Source of the DNA: Synechococcus sp.
Lineage (GTDB): Bacteria > Cyanobacteriota > Cyanobacteriia > Thermostichales > PCC-7336
DNA length: 64,000 bases
Direction: 5' to 3'
Assembly (NCBI GenBank): GCA_051439605.1
Contig: JBFRWN010000124.1
Span: 64,001-128,000, forward strand
Shown: piece by piece, positions 11,451 through 22,216 of the stretch
How positions within the stretch are numbered: position 1 is the stretch's first letter
Layout of the letters: the number at the start of each line of letters is the position of its first letter
Position numbers and translations under genes: made by a program
The notes under the pieces: generated by a model
Database searches by the model: none
Seen by the model: the letters and a program-made list of their open reading frames with translations, nothing else
Told to the model about the DNA's origin: nothing

Positions 11451-12419
11451 ATGGCACGTGAATTTAAAATTGGGTCTCGAAAAAGTGAACTTGCCCTAGT
11501 TCAGTCCCGCTGGGTGCAGTCAGAACTGAGCCAGTATCACGCTGACTCAACTTTTGAGCTGGTAACAATGGAAACGCAGGGTGACATCATTCTGGATGTG
11601 GCACTGGCCAAGATTGGCGACAAAGGGTTATTCACCAAGGAACTTGAGGTGGGTATGCTCAACCATCAAACCGACTTCGCAGTGCACAGTTTGAAGGATT
11701 TGCCCACAAACTTACCTGAAGGGCTAATGCTGGGGGCGATTACTGCTCGGGAGAATCCGGCGGATGCTTTGGTCTTGCACGAGAAGCATGCGGGTGCCAC
11801 GATTGATACCTTGCCCAAAGGAGCTGTGGTGGGCACCTCTTCCCTGCGTCGTCTGGCGCAGTTGCGGCACCACTATCCCCATCTAGAGTTCAAAGATATT
11901 CGAGGCAACCTCAACACCCGCCTGCGCAAGCTCGATGCTGGAGAGTATGACGCCATTATCTTGGCGGTTGCTGGTTTAGAACGCTTGGGAATGGGCGATC
12001 GCATTTCTCAAGTGTTGCCCGCAGAGGTCTCTTTACATGCCGTTGGTCAGGGTGCTTTGGGAATTGAATGTCGAGATGGTGACGAAGAAGTATTGAAGGT
12101 ACTGCAACCTCTTGTGAACGTGGAATCCACCCGCCGCTGTTTGGCTGAACGGGCATTTTTACGTCAGCTCGAGGGGGGATGTCAAGTACCCATTGGGGTT
12201 AACAGCGAAGTGGTTGTTGGGGAAGGTGGTGACGTTGTGAAGCTCACTGGCATGGTGGCTAGCTTAGATGGTCAGCGTCTAATTCGGGATTCTGCGACGG
12301 GAACTGCTGACGATCCTGAAGCGGTGGGCATCGAGTTAGCTAAAATGCTGCGTAAGCAGGGGGCGACTGAAATTTTGAATGATATTTTTGCCACTCTTGA
12401 CCGCGAGGCCGTCAAGTAG
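11451..12419 (+). CDS. hemC: Porphobilinogen deaminase
   Basis: [45 protein letters not shown]. Confidence 0.99.
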   Translation: MAREFKIGSRKSELALVQSRWVQSELSQYHADSTFELVTMETQGDIILDVALAKIGDKGLFTKELEVGMLNHQTDFAVHSLKDLPTNLPEGLMLGAITARENPADALVLHEKHAGATIDTLPKGAVVGTSSLRRLAQLRHHYPHLEFKDIRGNLNTRLRKLDAGEYDAIILAVAGLERLGMGDRISQVLPAEVSLHAVGQGALGIECRDGDEEVLKVLQPLVNVESTRRCLAERAFLRQLEGGCQVPIGVNSEVVVGEGGDVVKLTGMVASLDGQRLIRDSATGTADDPEAVGIELAKMLRKQGATEILNDIFATLDREAVK

Positions 12420-12496
12420 GCTTGCTCCTCCTTAGCCTCTGCGGATATTCAGCGTTGGGCTGATTGATGTCTTTTGGGGGATTCACCGTCAACCTC

Positions 12497-12532
12497 AACA
12501 AAGCCCCCCGCCTCTATTTTGAGACGGGGGCT
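12497..12532 (-). terminator. Putative terminator downstream of sigC (between convergent hemC and sigC)
   Basis: GC-rich imperfect stem AGCCCCCCGCCTC/GAGACGGGGGCT, with a short T run on the minus strand. Confidence 0.55.
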
Positions 12533-12577
12533 GATTGCTAGGGACTCTGACACTGGGGACTACTAGGTTAATTGCGA

Positions 12578-13663
12578 TTAGGTCAATGCTTCTAGGTAAT
12601 CGCGAATCTTGTTGCGCCGTTTGGGTTGACGTAACTTTTGCAGCGCTTTGGATTCGATTTGGCGAACCCGCTCTCGTGAGAGCTCAAGCGCACGACCAAT
12701 TTCAGCCAAAGAGTAGGTACGACCGTCCTCTAAACCAAATCGCATCCGCAGAACATCCTGTTCGCGGGAAGTTAGCTCCTCCAGCAGCGTCTCTAGATCG
12801 CGACTGAGGGAGTTGCGAGTGACGAGTTCTTCAGGTGTAATATCCTCGGATTCTAAGAGATCTCCGAGCTCAGTGTCTTTATCCTTGCCCACTTTCGTTT
12901 CTAAGGAGACTGAACGTGGAACTTTCACTAGCAGTTCTCGCACTTGGGAAGGAGATAAGTCCATCTCGCGAGCAATATCTTCGATGGTTGCCGTGCGACC
13001 TTTAGTTTGAGAGATTTGCCGTTGGGCTTTTTTGATCTTGTTGAGCTTTTCTGTGATGTGGACAGGAAGTCGAATGGTGCGACTCTGGGTGGCGATCGCT
13101 CGGGTAATGCCTTGACGAATCCACCAGTAGGCGTAAGTGCTAAACCGATAGCCCTTGGTGGGGTCAAACTTTTCTACCGCCCGTTCCAGTCCTAGGGTGC
13201 CCTCCTGAATCAGGTCGAGTAATTCTAGACCGCGGTTTTGGTATTTTTTGGCGACAGACACCACTAGCCTGAGATTGGCTTTAATCATGTGATCTTTAGC
13301 ACGGGAACCTGTCCGCTCTAGCTGGCGCAACTCCTTGACGGGTAATTGCACTGCTTCTGCCCATTGCTCTAGAGAGGGGGGGACTTCCAAGCTTTCGGCT
13401 AACTCTTGGCGCTTCTCTAACAGAGCCATGTAGCGCTGTACTTTTTGAGCCAGGGCAACTTCTTCATCCCGACCCAAGAGTGGAACACGACCGATTTCTT
13501 GTAGGTAGAGACGGACAAGATCGGTAGACCGTCGGCTGCTGGGAGTTTTGCGAGTAGTTACTTCCTCATACTCTACTTCCACACCCGAATGAGTTGATTC
13601 GGTCGCGACAACAGTATCTTCGCGATCGTTTTCGTATTCGATGTTGTATGGTGTTACTGGCAT
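12578..13663 (-). CDS. sigC: Group 2 RNA polymerase sigma factor, SigC-like
   Basis: TDLVRLYLQEIGRV.LLGRDEEV, ANLRLVVSVAKKY, FSTYAYWWIRQ, C-terminal LRQPKRRNKIRDYLE typical of cyanobacterial SigC. Confidence 0.85.
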   Translation of the reverse strand: MPVTPYNIEYENDREDTVVATESTHSGVEVEYEEVTTRKTPSSRRSTDLVRLYLQEIGRVPLLGRDEEVALAQKVQRYMALLEKRQELAESLEVPPSLEQWAEAVQLPVKELRQLERTGSRAKDHMIKANLRLVVSVAKKYQNRGLELLDLIQEGTLGLERAVEKFDPTKGYRFSTYAYWWIRQGITRAIATQSRTIRLPVHITEKLNKIKKAQRQISQTKGRTATIEDIAREMDLSPSQVRELLVKVPRSVSLETKVGKDKDTELGDLLESEDITPEELVTRNSLSRDLETLLEELTSREQDVLRMRFGLEDGRTYSLAEIGRALELSRERVRQIESKALQKLRQPKRRNKIRDYLEALT

Positions 13664-14133
13664 ATTCAGGTGACCTGCCTCATGGAGTTGCCGGTAGCTC
13701 GAAGCCAATAGATGTAAGCGGCCGAGCATAAAGACAATAAAGTTGTCCAGATAGCCTTCGGGAAACCTTCTCCCTTTCCTCGCTGGACGACTCGATTAAG
13801 AAGCACTGGGGAAAATCTAGCTTGCTGTTTCGCTGAATTGATTCCTCGGATACTCGTGCCTTTATCATTATTGTAATCTGATTTATGTACCTCCCGCGTG
13901 GGTGGTACCGCACGAGAATGCGTGATATTTAGCCTGTCTGTGTACTGTAAACCGTGTACTTTTTTGTCTCAGATCTGCTGGTATTGCATTTTTCCCTCAT
14001 CCAAGGAATTCGACCAAACCCTTCGACCTATCTAGAAACTGCTGAGGTTGTGGGTGGTTGCCCGGTTACAACTGTGCGAGATCGAGAGTGCGGGTGGCTG
14101 AGACTATTAACAATTGCTAAGTAGGGTAGGACT

Positions 14134-14694
14134 ATGGATGACACTGCGATTGCAACCGATACTTTGGCGTCTGCCCAGTTGACGACAGTTTCTACATTGA
14201 TTATGACGGTGCTGTTACTCGTCGGGCTGTTCTTTTTTATTCGGGCCTCGGGTAAAGATCGAACGGAGATTCGCCGCTATTTGAGCCAGGAATCTGTGGA
14301 AGAGGTAGGTCAGACTCTGCGAGGTTATCTGAATCAACGCTCTTACCAAATAGTGGATACCGATGAGACTGGGTTAGCTACCTTTGTTGGACAGGCGCGG
14401 CCCAGCGGTTTCTTGACGGGTTTGCTCTCCCTGTTAGCGGGAGTGGGATTGTTATGCCTGGCCCTAGTGCTTCAGGTGCTGAAACCGGAGTTGGGTGGAC
14501 TGCCCTATTTCCTTATTCTGGGGGCACCTTTTGGGGGATGGTACTACCGAAAGAAGTCAACTCGAGAGGAGACCCTCAAGCTGAGAGTAAGCGAATCTGA
14601 AGTCATCGGACAGTCGACGCTCGATATTCAAGGACACCGCGATGAGCTGAATCTGTTGCCTGAGTTGTTGCAGCTGGAGGAGATCGAAGCCTAG
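14134..14694 (+). CDS. ccb1: Cofactor assembly of complex C subunit B (CCB1, cytochrome b6f heme ci biogenesis)
   Basis: LL.VGLFFFIRAS.KDRT, three TM segments, C-terminal GHRDEL. Confidence 0.85.
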   Translation: MDDTAIATDTLASAQLTTVSTLIMTVLLLVGLFFFIRASGKDRTEIRRYLSQESVEEVGQTLRGYLNQRSYQIVDTDETGLATFVGQARPSGFLTGLLSLLAGVGLLCLALVLQVLKPELGGLPYFLILGAPFGGWYYRKKSTREETLKLRVSESEVIGQSTLDIQGHRDELNLLPELLQLEEIEA

Positions 14695-14726
14695 CTCGAT
14701 TAATACTTGGTTTCTGAAAGAGAGTT

Positions 14727-15278
14727 TTACAAGGCAATGCCACCTGCTGAAGTTTTGGAGCTTAAGACTGCCGATGGGAGGCGAGGGGGAGTGTAATCAG
14801 CTGAAGATAGCTTTAGGTGTATGAAGGCTATGCGCGCACCATAGAAGCTACGGGCTTCCTCGATCTCGTAGGGGGCAAAACCTAGGCGATTGTCGAGAAT
14901 TAAGGCAGGACTGTTGAAGTTGATGACGGAAATGCGTACTTCTAGAAGTCCATGGCTGAGAAAGCAGCGTTTTAGCATGTGGTGTACGAGTTATTTTCTG
15001 AAACCCCGACCGCGGTGCTGAGGGTGAATGACAACGTTGCCCATAAAGGCGAGCTTCTCTGGGATGAATTGGGAGAGGTTGCTAAATCCTACGATGCGAT
15101 CGCCATCCACCACAGAGGTTAAGTCAACGCGAACTCGCGCAATCTCTTCCAACTGCTCTATGGTCATGGGAAAGTTGCCGCTAGGATAAATCAGCTGCAT
15201 TTCGGCACGACAGGTAAAGAGCTGGAAAATCTGGGGGGAGTCCGGTGGCTGGGTAGCTCGAAAGCTGATGAGAGACAT
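14727..15278 (-). pseudogene. GNAT acetyltransferase interrupted by an in-frame TAA
   Basis: Two ORFs in the same frame read VIHPQHRGRGFRK*LVHHMLKR...N.PAL....LGF; stop at 14991-14993. Confidence 0.8.
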
Positions 15279-15390
15279 GAGCTAAACCTCTGGCGTGGGA
15301 CTCAGATGAATCGATAAACAAGCAGTCACAGAGCGCTAGCTGACCCAAGAAGGAAACAACAACTGGAGGAGGTGAAAAACTCAGCGATCG

Positions 15391-16686
15391 CTAACCGCCA
15401 CAGTTGCCCCCTAGGCGCTGCCGACATAAGGTCTGCTCTGCTGTGCTCAAATCTTCCCAGTTCACATCTCGACGTAGTACTTCCCCGTTGTGTCCCAGTA
15501 GCAAACGCGGTAGGCTTTCTTTCTCAATGGGATGGAGTGTGCGCATGTCGTAGGTGGTGTAGGTGGTGACATCGGGATCGTCAAAGTTGATGTCCATCAC
15601 CGTGATGGTTTTGCCAGGGGGGAGGTTGCTGTCAAGCAGGGAGCGAGGACCAGAGCCCAGAATTCCGGCATGCAGGAGTTGCAGTCTGCCTCGATGACCG
15701 GGGTAGTAGGCATGCTGGTGGCCGCTGATGTAGGTGTGCACTCTGTGGCGTTCCAACATATTTTGGAGTTCGCTGGCGTTGCTCATCACCTCACCGGGGC
15801 TATTACGGCCAACCGCCACGGCGAAGAGCGGTAGATGGCTGATGAGGATGCGTAGTTGGGCGGCTTGAGCCTCAGGACTGGCGAGGACTTCTTCAACCCA
15901 AGCTAGTTTGTCAGGGGGAATATAGCTGGATGACCCATCCCACACCAGAAAAAACACCCCCTGCTGTAGGAAGGTGTAGTAGAAAGGGAAATCTTCGCGA
16001 TCGACAAAATTGAGGTTGGGGTTGTGCTGTGGGTCGCGCCAGTATTCAGCCGCCAAATCCCGCTCCGTTTGAAACACAAAGGAGCCGTTGGTGCGGCGAG
16101 TGCTGGAGGCATCGTGATTGCCGAGAGAGAACCCCAGAGGAATGTTTAGGGTTCTGAGTGGGGCCGCGATATGGCTATCGAAAGCTGCCCACATAGCTTG
16201 GATGCGATCGCGACTGAGCGATGGACTTTGACCGGCCACCATATCGCCGCTGCTGAGGACGAGATCGGGCTTCCAAAAGGGCATGAGGGCTATGGCTTTG
16301 TCCACTTCAGGGTCGTAGTCTGTGGAGCCATAAGCGCTGTTAAGGTCGCTGATAATCGCCACCCGAACATCTCCTCGAGGGGGATTGAATACCCCCCCTG
16401 GAACGCTATTGACGATCGCCTGTGTTTCGGGTGGCAGCAGGTCTGGTGGTGTTGACTGAGGTTTTGTTTCTTCCGATGACTCTGTTGATGGTGAAAGTGG
16501 CGATCGCGAAGGTGTAGATTGGTTGCTCGCACTTGTGTCTGTGTACAAGTGGCCTGCAGAAGATAGTTCTCCGCCGCGATTGCTATCAAGGCGGGTAGAG
16601 GTTGAAACAACACCCGTTAAAATTCCAACTGCACCGCTCATTGCAATGCACGCGATCGCCAGCCCAAACTGCCAAGGAGTTCGCAC
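15391..16686 (-). CDS. Exported/membrane-anchored calcineurin-like metallophosphoesterase
   Basis: ISDLN, GDMV, GNHD, SHLP, SGHQH motifs; N-terminal hydrophobic segment and S/T/P linker. Start placed at GTG 16686 because the longer ORF start lies inside the IS remnant. Confidence 0.8.
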   Translation of the reverse strand: MRTPWQFGLAIACIAMSGAVGILTGVVSTSTRLDSNRGGELSSAGHLYTDTSASNQSTPSRSPLSPSTESSEETKPQSTPPDLLPPETQAIVNSVPGGVFNPPRGDVRVAIISDLNSAYGSTDYDPEVDKAIALMPFWKPDLVLSSGDMVAGQSPSLSRDRIQAMWAAFDSHIAAPLRTLNIPLGFSLGNHDASSTRRTNGSFVFQTERDLAAEYWRDPQHNPNLNFVDREDFPFYYTFLQQGVFFLVWDGSSSYIPPDKLAWVEEVLASPEAQAAQLRILISHLPLFAVAVGRNSPGEVMSNASELQNMLERHRVHTYISGHQHAYYPGHRGRLQLLHAGILGSGPRSLLDSNLPPGKTITVMDINFDDPDVTTYTTYDMRTLHPIEKESLPRLLLGHNGEVLRRDVNWEDLSTAEQTLCRQRLGGNCGG

Positions 16687-16751
16687 GAGGTTTTCCCGTC
16701 GACACACGCCCAAGGATACAGCGGATTTTCCGGATGGGTCAGGGGGATTAC

Positions 16752-17040
16752 CTAGTACAGCTGGGCGGAAGTCAGTCAAGCATTCAAGCAGCCAGAGGTT
16801 TTCCCTTGTAAGTCCACCGGAAAGGCTTAGCCATGGTTCGGTTGAAGTAGTCAATAAACTCAAGGATGCGATGCCTGAGCTGGTCAGTACTGGAGAAACT
16901 GGAGCGTTTGAGTAGCTGGCGAACCAAAATGCTGAACCACAGTTGAATCTGGTTGAGCCAAGAGCAGTGCTTCAGAGTGAAGTGGACCACCAGCCGATGG
17001 GCTGGGTTACTCAAGAAGGCTGTCCGAGTCTGCATCGAAC
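16752..17040 (-). mobile_element. IS630-family remnant (transposase C-terminus plus terminal inverted repeat)
   Basis: FLSNP.HR..HFT.KHCSWLNQI.LWFSILVR...FNRTMAKPF.WTY.GK, then the end ...CCGCCCAGCTGTACTAG, which resembles cyanobacterial IS630 termini. Confidence 0.85.
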
Positions 17041-17189
17041 TATCAGGTCAATTTATTTATTCTTGTCAAGAACGCATTCCCCTCACCAAACTAGACGTCA
17101 CCCTCGTTTTGACCGACGTCTCCCTTGATTCGACCGAGGCTATCCTCGTTTTGAGCGATATCATCTGAAATATTCTTGGAGCACCATTA

Positions 17190-19709
17190 GTGTTAGCGAC
17201 GATACTGCGTTCAATCGCCAAAGTAGGTGTGACCGCAATGGTCGCGGGACTGTGTACTGCAATGGTCGGTACAATCGGAGCAAATGCAGCTGAAGAGATT
17301 CGCTTTTTTGTTAGAGGTGTTGAAGTCAAAGTTTCGGTTGACACCCTCGAAGCGTTTGCCACTACTGGCGAACTCACTGGAGAACTGGTCTCTTATGCCA
17401 GCTATGTAGACGACAGCTTGTTAGAGTGGCTGCAAGCTTTCCTCTCTGAAGAACGTGAGTGGCAGGTCGTGCCCCTAAGCCGCTTGCTCAATTCCTCGCT
17501 AGGGCGGGGCATTCTGGAGGAGCTGGGTGAGATTGTCAGGACCAATGCCAATTTGAATGGCCATCGAGCCCTAAGGGCAGCACTCATCGGGGCTGCTTCC
17601 GAACGTCCAGAGGGATGGACATCGATTGACGTTCTGCGCAGGTACCCATCAGATACTATTCGCATCGATAACGCCGCTCTAATGGAGATGCAGCGCCAGC
17701 TGACCATTCAAGATGAATACAGAGAGGCTGTAGTGGCGGCGATCGCCGAAAAAGCATCAAATAGCGCAACAGAAGCTGGAATCCAGGCCGAAATACAAAC
17801 CCTACCCACTGCAGCTGGCCCCTTTCAATTCATCCAAGCAACAGAAACCTTCAATTCCAATGCAATACGCCAAACGGGCGGGGGATTGACTGGGGGATAT
17901 AGCTTTGATGTTGATTTCTATATACCTGAAGAATCTGCTCGGCCAGCACCCCTAGTGGTCGTATCCCATGGATTTGGGTCCCTCAAAGAGAATTTAGTCT
18001 TTATTGCCGAACAACTTGCCACTTATGGCTTTGCTGTGGCCGTACCGGAACATGTCGGCAGCGACCTCAGGTATCGTGAAGAATTTTTCCAAGGCACCTT
18101 AAGTGCCGCCCTCAGCCCGCTGGAATTTCTCGATCGCCCCGGAGATATTTCGTTTTTGCTAGATGAGCTAGAACGTCTCAGTCAGTCCGATGAGTTCTGG
18201 TCCGATCGTATCGATTTGGAACGTATCGGAGTCATGGGGGTGTCTTTAGGGGGAACAACAGCCCTTTCACTTGCGGGAGCTCAGCTCAACCAAACGAGAC
18301 TCAGTCAAGATTGTGCGGCTCCGAGATTGAATCTCAATTTATCGCAAATTCTGCAATGCCAAGCCAGTTATTTGCCTCCTTTTAACGTTCAACTCGAAGA
18401 CCCGCGCATCGATGCGGCGATCGCCGCCCACGCGCTAAGCAGCTCCATCTTCGGTCCGGAAGGAATTGCTGAAATCGATATTCCCATCGCGTTGATTGCG
18501 GGCGGCGAGGATGCTGTCGCACCCGTCATACTTGAGCAAATCCATCCTTTTGTCTGGCTGACAGAACCAGAGAAGTACTTAGTCTTGCTCGAGCCAGGCA
18601 GCCATTGGGTCACAACCTTGCAACCCAACAGTGGCGGTTCCGAATCAATTCCAGATTTTTTGCGAGGGAATACATCCGATACCGGTCGCGAGTTTTTTAA
18701 AGGGTTCTCCGTTGCCTTTTTCAGCCGCTATTTGAACGGTGACGAAGCGTTCGCTCCCTATTTGAGTCAGCGATCGGTCACGGGCCAGGTGGGGGAATAT
18801 CCCCTAACCATGCATGTGATTCGGTCTTTAACTGCCGAAGAAATTTTGGAAAGCACCGGCCAACAGCCCCCCATCCCCATTGTTCCGGCACCGCTGACGG
18901 AGGACACTGTTGCAGTGGCCAGCGACAATCCAGTTCTGCAAGATATTTCTCAGAGTGGCGTGCTCAAGGTGGGTATTCGCCGGGATGCCAGCCCCTTCGG
19001 ATTTATCGATGCTGAAGGCCAGTGGACCGGGTATTGCACCGATCTGGCAGAAGCACTGGCACTACACCTCGAAACGGAACTCAACAGCGATATTTCAATT
19101 GACCCCGTGTACCTTCAGTCCACCCTAGAGAATCGCTTCGACTTAGTCCGCGAGCGCTCCATCCATTTAGAATGCGGTCCCAACACCATCCGCACCGATC
19201 TCGAAGGAATTGAATTTTCCAATCCCTTTTTCGTGACGGGGACTCAGTTCTTCACTCCAGATAGCAATGCCTCTGATATCAAGCCAACTCTAGACATGGC
19301 CGGTGTTGAAATTGGGGTTCTCGAAGGAAGCTTAACGGCAGAGTTTATTTCGAACCGCTATCCTCGGGCTGAGGCTATGGTTTTTGTGGGCGATCGCGGT
19401 CGCGAAGCAGCAATACAAGCTTTGGCTGCTGGAGAAATCGATGCCTTTGCCACAGATGGAATTCTGGCAGTAGGGGAAGCAATTACCCAACTGCTCCCGC
19501 TCGAAGATTACACGCTCATTCCACCGCGACCGTTAACCTGTGATTTTTACGGTTTCGTCCTGCCGGAAGGCGATCTCGAATGGCGGGATACGGTTAATCG
19601 TTGGCTTGATAGTGACGCTGATGATGCGGTTTGGGAACGATGGTTCGAAACCAATCTTCGAGAAGTAATCATTAATATTGACTTCTGTGTCAATCAGGGC
19701 GGCAACTAG
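17190..19709 (+). CDS. DUF1400 + alpha/beta hydrolase fused to an amino-acid ABC-type substrate-binding domain (SBP family 3)
   Basis: Signal peptide ending ANAAEEI; SHGFGS, DRP.DISFLLD, GVSLGG nucleophile elbow; C-terminal GVLKVGIRRDASPFGF...GYC.D...LECGPNTI. Confidence 0.85.
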   Translation: MLATILRSIAKVGVTAMVAGLCTAMVGTIGANAAEEIRFFVRGVEVKVSVDTLEAFATTGELTGELVSYASYVDDSLLEWLQAFLSEEREWQVVPLSRLLNSSLGRGILEELGEIVRTNANLNGHRALRAALIGAASERPEGWTSIDVLRRYPSDTIRIDNAALMEMQRQLTIQDEYREAVVAAIAEKASNSATEAGIQAEIQTLPTAAGPFQFIQATETFNSNAIRQTGGGLTGGYSFDVDFYIPEESARPAPLVVVSHGFGSLKENLVFIAEQLATYGFAVAVPEHVGSDLRYREEFFQGTLSAALSPLEFLDRPGDISFLLDELERLSQSDEFWSDRIDLERIGVMGVSLGGTTALSLAGAQLNQTRLSQDCAAPRLNLNLSQILQCQASYLPPFNVQLEDPRIDAAIAAHALSSSIFGPEGIAEIDIPIALIAGGEDAVAPVILEQIHPFVWLTEPEKYLVLLEPGSHWVTTLQPNSGGSESIPDFLRGNTSDTGREFFKGFSVAFFSRYLNGDEAFAPYLSQRSVTGQVGEYPLTMHVIRSLTAEEILESTGQQPPIPIVPAPLTEDTVAVASDNPVLQDISQSGVLKVGIRRDASPFGFIDAEGQWTGYCTDLAEALALHLETELNSDISIDPVYLQSTLENRFDLVRERSIHLECGPNTIRTDLEGIEFSNPFFVTGTQFFTPDSNASDIKPTLDMAGVEIGVLEGSLTAEFISNRYPRAEAMVFVGDRGREAAIQALAAGEIDAFATDGILAVGEAITQLLPLEDYTLIPPRPLTCDFYGFVLPEGDLEWRDTVNRWLDSDADDAVWERWFETNLREVIINIDFCVNQGGN

Positions 19710-19952
19710 AGATAGCCATCGAGTGACGGAAGCGTAAATATATTACAGCTATCAACTATTTGTAACTTCTTGAGAGTTGACAGGTAACTCCTCTTTGATG
19801 ACTCGTAATTCGATGTCCATCTGTAAGCGGCCTGACTGCTAGATGATTATGGGGGCAGCATAAATACATACTAGCTGTAATATATTTATGATTCCCTGGC
19901 TCCTACGAACCAGACAACTCACGAGAACTGCTGAAGAGAGTGGCTAGCTCTT

Positions 19953-20126
19953 TCATTTCCTTAAAAACCAGGGCAGCTCTGCCCCAGAGAATGAAGCTCG
20001 TTCCATATCATTGAGCAACAGCAACAACTCCTGCCGAATGGCTTCGCGTTGATCGGGGTTTGGAGCGCAGGAAATTTCAGAGACAAGATCCCTGCAACGC
20101 TGGAATTGCTCGTGGGTGAGTCTCAT
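19953..20126 (-). CDS. Small hypothetical protein (57 aa, below the ORF-track cutoff)
   Basis: Manual translation MRLTHEQFQRCRDLVSEISCAPNPDQREAIRQELLLLLNDMERASFSGAELPWFLRK; amphipathic helix-turn-helix pattern. Confidence 0.5.
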   Translation of the reverse strand: MRLTHEQFQRCRDLVSEISCAPNPDQREAIRQELLLLLNDMERASFSGAELPWFLRK

Positions 20127-20475
20127 CGCTGAAAACCAAATAATGGCTTGACTGCTTCGTGCTTAGTGCCGAACAAATAAGTGTGCAAGGTGTTTGTACT
20201 GGCTCTCGTGAATTTGTTAATACGACCAATAATACACAAATGTTGGATATGACATGCCAAGGTACAATTTTATACAAAAAATCTGCCGAGGACCTAACGG
20301 ACGATTGCCCCTTGGGGCTAATGCTATTAAGTGTCAGGTTCAACAAGAGGTCACTGAACTCCCAACCTTTGAATTCGCCATCTCCAAATTTTAGACAGAG
20401 TAAATTACGCATGACATTCCCCTAAACGCTCGTCAGGATGGATAATTACGAAGATTCGGTGTGTGAGGAAAAGAA

Positions 20476-22005
20476 TTGACAGCATCTCCTATCGTTCGGC
20501 GCCAACTGCCCCAACGCGATCTCGAAGCCCATTCCCGCGCCCCCCTATTTGAAGCCATTCGTAAGTACGCTGGACTCCCCAAAGCCGCCTTCCATACCCC
20601 CGGCCACAAACAGGGCACCGGTATCTCCCCTGAACTGCTGGACTTTCTGGGGGAAAACGTCTTCCGCTGCGACCTAACAGAACTGCCGGAAGTTGATAAC
20701 CTGCACGACCCCGACAGCGTTATTCGGGAAGCTCAAGAGCTGGCAGCCCAAGCCTACGGGGCCGATCGCTCCTGGTTTTTAGTCAACGGCTCCACTTGCG
20801 GCGTCGAAACCCTGATGATGGCCGTTTGCGATCCCGGTGATGTCGTTCTCCTCCCTCGTAACTGCCACAAATCCGCGATCGCCGGAGTTATGCTCTCGGG
20901 GGCTATCCCTGCCTATATCGAGCCTGACTACGATCGCGAGTTGGGCATCGCCCACGGCATTACCCCCGCCTCCGTCGAAATCGCCCTGACAAAATATCCG
21001 CAGGCCAAAGGGGTACTCTGCGTCAGCCCCACTTACTACGGTGTTGCCAGCAACCTGGCGGAAATTGCCCGCATCGTTCACGATCGCGGCTTGCCCTTCC
21101 TAGTGGATGAAGCCTGGGGACCCCACTTTGCCTTCCACTCCAATCTGCCTCAGTCTGCGTTGGAAGCAGGCGCAGATCTCGTCGTGCAATCCACCCACAA
21201 AGTTTTATCGGGCATGACTCAAGCCTCGTTGCTGCACGTGCAGGGCGATCGCATCGATCGCAATCGGGTACGCAACATCCTCCAACTCCTTCAATCCACC
21301 AGCCCCAACTACGTATTGATGATGTCGCTGGATGTGGCCCGTCGCCAAATGGCCCTTAATGGTGAAGCCTTGCTCGCTCGAGCCATTGCTCTGGCCGATG
21401 ACGCCCGCACTCGTCTGAATCAGATTGATGGCATTCACTGCTTCGGCTCCGAGCGGTTGGGGTCTACTCCTGGCTTCCACGCCCTCGATCGTACTCGCCT
21501 GACGGTGACTGTTTCCAACTTGGGCATCTTCGGCTTTGAGGCGGACGACTGGGTCAACGAGAACCACGATGTGCAGCCAGAAATGTCCACTTTGCACAAC
21601 GTTGTCTTCATCGTTTCCCTCGGCAATACCCAAGAGGATATCGATCGCCTGGTGGCCAGCTTTGAAGCTCTTGCTCAAAAACAACGGACTGAAATCGCCA
21701 AGGGTGGAATTAGCGAGCGCGTACAGCAGCTAGCGAACATCCAACTTCCAGCCCTCCCCCCCCAACGCATCAGCCCCCGCGAAGCCTTCTTCTCCAAGAT
21801 TCAACGGGTACCTCTGCAAGAGGCGATCGGCAGGATTTGTGCCGAAATTATCTCCCCTTACCCCCCAGGAATCCCCATCCTGGTTCCCGGTGAAGAGGTT
21901 ACCCCTGAGGCAGTGAAGTACCTATTGTTGGTGCACCAAGCGGGTGGTTTCATCAACGGTCCCGAAGACGTGCGCCTACAAACCCTCAAGGTTGTGGGCT
22001 GCTAG
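20476..22005 (+). CDS. PLP-dependent Orn/Lys/Arg decarboxylase (class I)
   Basis: FHTPGHK, LVNGST, RNCHKS, VDEAWG, QSTHK (PLP lysine), PYPPGIP..PGE. Confidence 0.93.
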   Translation: MTASPIVRRQLPQRDLEAHSRAPLFEAIRKYAGLPKAAFHTPGHKQGTGISPELLDFLGENVFRCDLTELPEVDNLHDPDSVIREAQELAAQAYGADRSWFLVNGSTCGVETLMMAVCDPGDVVLLPRNCHKSAIAGVMLSGAIPAYIEPDYDRELGIAHGITPASVEIALTKYPQAKGVLCVSPTYYGVASNLAEIARIVHDRGLPFLVDEAWGPHFAFHSNLPQSALEAGADLVVQSTHKVLSGMTQASLLHVQGDRIDRNRVRNILQLLQSTSPNYVLMMSLDVARRQMALNGEALLARAIALADDARTRLNQIDGIHCFGSERLGSTPGFHALDRTRLTVTVSNLGIFGFEADDWVNENHDVQPEMSTLHNVVFIVSLGNTQEDIDRLVASFEALAQKQRTEIAKGGISERVQQLANIQLPALPPQRISPREAFFSKIQRVPLQEAIGRICAEIISPYPPGIPILVPGEEVTPEAVKYLLLVHQAGGFINGPEDVRLQTLKVVGC

Positions 22006-22216
22006 TAATCCCAATAATATAAATTGCTGCAAGCTCTGGATCGGTCGCTTGGCATTGACCGTTCTTTTGGGTTTCAGAAATTCATCCCCATCCTTCTGAG
22101 TCTAGCGTGGAGGGAATCATTCATTTGGTTTCCGAGGGACACGCTTCGTTCCTCGAGTGCAAGCGCGAGGGGATGCAACTGCCCTCTCGCTACCTCAGGG
22201 TGTTATGAAATAGAAC

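Noticed and set aside
16687..16863. N-terminal extension of the 490-aa metallophosphoesterase ORF
   Set aside because: Mostly read from the IS630 remnant in another frame; unlikely to be part of the protein
19734..19746. GTA...TAC resembling an NtcA box
   Set aside because: Spacer is 7 nt rather than 8, and it lies downstream of a gene end
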